Positions 61,654 through 64,000 of a stretch of 64,000 nt of DNA are shown here, piece after piece (position 1 is the stretch's first letter; each line of letters begins with the position of its first letter). The position numbers and the translations under genes were made by a program. Source of the stretch: a bacterium (GTDB lineage Bacteria > Zixibacteria > MSB-5A5 > GN15 > FEB-12). Location: positions 104,538 to 168,537 of the forward strand of contig JBDRNJ010000004.1 of NCBI GenBank assembly GCA_043811375.1, written 5' to 3'. The notes under the pieces are model-generated. The model had not been told where the DNA came from. It worked only from the letters and a program-made list of their open reading frames with translations, and did not search any database.

Positions 61654-61691
61654 GGCACAAAGCTTATATGGCGGAATAGCTTACCTAATCC
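61654..61691 (+). promoter_or_regulatory. archaeal-type BRE/TATA leaderless promoter
   Basis: GGCACAAAGC-TTATAT, 28 nt from motif end to ATG. Confidence 0.6.
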
Positions 61692-61907
61692 ATGATTGAG
61701 GAGCCCAACAAGAACCGCGAGATCACTCACATGCTCCTACAGGAGTCGCTCTGGAAAGTAGAAGACAAAGTCAATGTGATTCTTGAGAGTATGGCAGATC
61801 ACGAAGCTGAGCTTATTCGTCTGAAACGTCATATGACTCAGGTTCTTGAGAGACTCGCAGATATTGAAAAACACGCCAAGCCTCGATCAAAGCAATCAGG
61901 CAACTAG
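61692..61907 (+). CDS. small coiled-coil hypothetical protein
   Basis: Heptad pattern; first gene of a co-oriented run. Confidence 0.65.
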   Translation: MIEEPNKNREITHMLLQESLWKVEDKVNVILESMADHEAELIRLKRHMTQVLERLADIEKHAKPRSKQSGN

Positions 61908-61910
61908 CAA

Positions 61911-62243
61911 ATGGACCAAGAAAAAAGAAACACCAATGTTGAACACGTAGGAATAGACAATCTCAGAACCAAGTTTCATAGCCTGAGAATCGGTGAGAAG
62001 ATCCCACAGCTAGAAATCAAGCAGATCAAGAAGGTCACAAACCCCTCCGGACAGAGCAATCTCTCAGGAGTAGACTACAAGTACATTATTGAGGATGTAG
62101 ACGGAAGAATCCTCACTGTAAACTCCTGGACACTGTGGAAGAAGATCTCAGCAGTGCTGCAAGAGGCTGGTTCTACGCAGGTCACTCTAATTTTAGAACA
62201 CACTGGAATCGAAGACTACACTGTGAAAGTGATCAACTCCTAA
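61911..62243 (+). CDS. hypothetical beta-rich protein (possible OB fold)
   Basis: 3 nt after upstream stop; alternating beta-strand pattern. Confidence 0.6.
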   Translation: MDQEKRNTNVEHVGIDNLRTKFHSLRIGEKIPQLEIKQIKKVTNPSGQSNLSGVDYKYIIEDVDGRILTVNSWTLWKKISAVLQEAGSTQVTLILEHTGIEDYTVKVINS

Positions 62244-62295
62244 TCCTGCTTCATTCTCAACAACATCAATACAGGAGGTTCCACCGTGCACTAAA

Positions 62296-62964
62296 ATGAA
62301 TCCGCAAGTCAGAACCATGCTCGAGAATATGTATAGCTTACTGGATAAGAGATTTCAGGATTCCAGTAAGTCCTGGGACAGTTTCATTGAGTTTCTGGCA
62401 GTAGACAACTGTGCTCCTCTGCTTTGTCAACTGAATCACGGATTAGACTGGTTTTTCAAAGACAGCAAACTTGCCCAGTCACTCATGGCTGTTTATGACC
62501 CAAAGATTCTGCAGTCTGACTATTACGATCATCTAGGAGATATGTACTTGGAAAAGATCGTGTCAAGAAGTGAATCCACACGAAAAGGAATCTTTCTCAC
62601 ACCTGCAGAAGTAGCGCAAATGATGGCCAGCATGACCATAGAGAAGACTGACAGACAGGTAAATGTGCTGGATCCAGCTGTGGGCTCTGGCAGGCTACTT
62701 ATGGCTGCGCATAAACAAGCTCCCCGAGCCAGGCTGTTTGGAGTGGACATTGATCTCAGATCTTTAAGAATCGCCTTTACCAACCTGGCCATCCACAGTA
62801 TCTCAGGCTATCTACTGCACGCCGACAGCTTGAGACACGAGATAGATATTGCCAAAGAGGCTGGTCAGCAAAACTGGCAATATGCCAATCACTGGTACTC
62901 GTGCATGGACCAACTCAAGGTGCTGGATAGTGGCCCCAATTATAATCTTTCCCTCAACAGCTAA
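62296..62964 (+). CDS. N6-adenine MTase-like protein lacking motif IV
   Basis: GIFLTP, VLDPAVGSGRLL, GVDID; no NPPY/F. Confidence 0.8.
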   Translation: MNPQVRTMLENMYSLLDKRFQDSSKSWDSFIEFLAVDNCAPLLCQLNHGLDWFFKDSKLAQSLMAVYDPKILQSDYYDHLGDMYLEKIVSRSESTRKGIFLTPAEVAQMMASMTIEKTDRQVNVLDPAVGSGRLLMAAHKQAPRARLFGVDIDLRSLRIAFTNLAIHSISGYLLHADSLRHEIDIAKEAGQQNWQYANHWYSCMDQLKVLDSGPNYNLSLNS

Positions 62965-62991
62965 ACCCCGCTCACCCTTCCTAATCAGAAA

Positions 62992-63258
62992 ATGATATCA
63001 TTGCCAACCACGCCTAGATGGCAGGACGTACTCCTAGTCATTTACAGAAGCCCTGAGAGATACCGATACTGCGAAAAGCTCACTAAACATGTAAAAGGCT
63101 CCCGAAGCTATTTTAGAGAAATAGTGAGGCAACTTGCAGATCACGATCTGATACAGATTGTGCCAACCAAGAAAATCAAAAAGCTCGAGCTCACAGAAAA
63201 AGGCCACAGAGTGATCTTCACTATACTAGAAATGCGATCAGAACTCGGGCAATTCTAA
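62992..63258 (+). CDS. winged-helix DNA-binding protein
   Basis: SRSYFREIVRQL...LI...LELTEKG. Confidence 0.7.
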   Translation: MISLPTTPRWQDVLLVIYRSPERYRYCEKLTKHVKGSRSYFREIVRQLADHDLIQIVPTKKIKKLELTEKGHRVIFTILEMRSELGQF

Positions 63259-63270
63259 TATGCTAAACAT

Positions 63271-63678
63271 TTGTACCAAGGATCACCGCCCATGCCACCA
63301 AACGGCCATCACAATCAAGAGAACCAGAATGACTTAGTAGGTACTTTGCTAAATCTGCCTGCCAAGAGCCTGGAACTGCGAGTAGGACAGTTGGAGGCTG
63401 ATATTTGCTCAAGACAACGAATCAGTGATGAGGTGCTTTCAAAGTTAGGTACTCACAGGTTGAGACTCAGAGAGCAGCAATTCCGGCTCAGGTATAGCAG
63501 TCCTGTTGATCAAGCCTTCCGAGTCAGGGAACAGCTTACACGTGAGCTAGTAAATGTGGATGAACTCATCAGGCGAGAAAGAACCGACTGTTTTCAAAGC
63601 CTTGTGCATCTGAAAGTGGAACTCCATCAAGCGCAAGAAGACCTCACATTCGAAAGGCAGAAGCTAACACTGATTTAA
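63271..63678 (+). CDS. coiled-coil hypothetical protein (start uncertain)
   Basis: Long heptad-rich ORF in the same run. Confidence 0.55.
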   Translation: MYQGSPPMPPNGHHNQENQNDLVGTLLNLPAKSLELRVGQLEADICSRQRISDEVLSKLGTHRLRLREQQFRLRYSSPVDQAFRVREQLTRELVNVDELIRRERTDCFQSLVHLKVELHQAQEDLTFERQKLTLI

Positions 63679-63775
63679 CAAACCACCTGCTTTTGAGACA
63701 GGCACTCACCTTGATAGCAAGAGTATTACCCTGTCGCCATCTCTTTGATTTATCTGCCGGAGTAATTCAGTGAAA

Positions 63776-63860
63776 ATGACCTCAATAGACGAAACCAAGG
63801 AACTGCTAGAGAAACTAGAACCGATAGTAGGCAGCCGAGCCAAGAGTTTGTGGTATATGA
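63776..63860 (+). pseudogene. 5' end of a gene interrupted by an IS
   Basis: MTSIDETKELLEKLEPIVGSRAKSLWYM, then the IS end. Confidence 0.55.
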
Positions 63861-64000
63861 TGTATCGGTTCAGCAGAAGTCGGACACGGATGGGCTTTTT
63901 GTTAAGACGTAGTTTTAATAACTTAGTCTTAGAGAAAGGAGCAAGCCATGCGTGTCAAACAGGGCCAGAGTCCGGAATCGGTAGTGAAGGAGATTCGTCG
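63861..64000 (+). mobile_element. IS3-family element, left end and orfA start (ATG 63948), truncated by window
   Basis: TG-headed end TGTATCGGTTCAGCAGAAGTCGGACA; SD AAAGGAG; MRVKQGQSPESVVKEIR. Confidence 0.75.

Larger units (their letters stand above)
40519..64000. mobile_element. integrative element/genomic island, right end outside window
   Basis: att-like site, two tyrosine recombinases, DUF932, TA pair, MTase-like gene, lower GC. Confidence 0.7.

Noticed and set aside
47000..64000. Prophage
   Set aside because: No capsid, terminase, portal, tail or lysis genes recognisable in the window

Overview
Bacterial chromosome segment. The many secreted proteins ending in a 'GDLTYLVAYLFQGGPPP' dockerin-like tail suggest candidate phylum Zixibacteria (inference). 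1-16.7 kb is GC-rich housekeeping DNA (RsmF-type methyltransferase, trmB, prpD-like, lysS, coaD, tgt, radA, mlaFE, dnaB, UDG, coaBC) with REP-like mosaics. 17-32.6 kb holds dockerin-like surface proteins with signs of module shuffling, an amber-interrupted MrfA-type helicase, a catalytically altered archaemetzincin and deoC. 32.7-40.1 kb is a visibly lower-GC block: an IS relic, SulP and two-component genes. At 40.5 kb is an att-like junction (tRNA-Ser 3' fragment, arm-like repeats, 10-bp phased repeat), followed by an integrative element running off the right edge. The main observation is that this element's backbone looks archaeal (DPANN-like): a GW-type tyrosine integrase, PC4-like protein, DUF932, a convergent RelE/antitoxin pair and a small-gene operon. 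Six backbone genes have TATA-like boxes 28-29 nt before the ATG, three of them after a near-identical GG(C/G)ACAAAGC motif, and none has a clear SD. The interleaved cargo has bacterial sigma70/SD signals and host-type dockerin sequence. This is a candidate cross-domain mobile element, but misassembly must be excluded. An IS3 element interrupts the last gene. All family calls come from motif recognition, not database searches.
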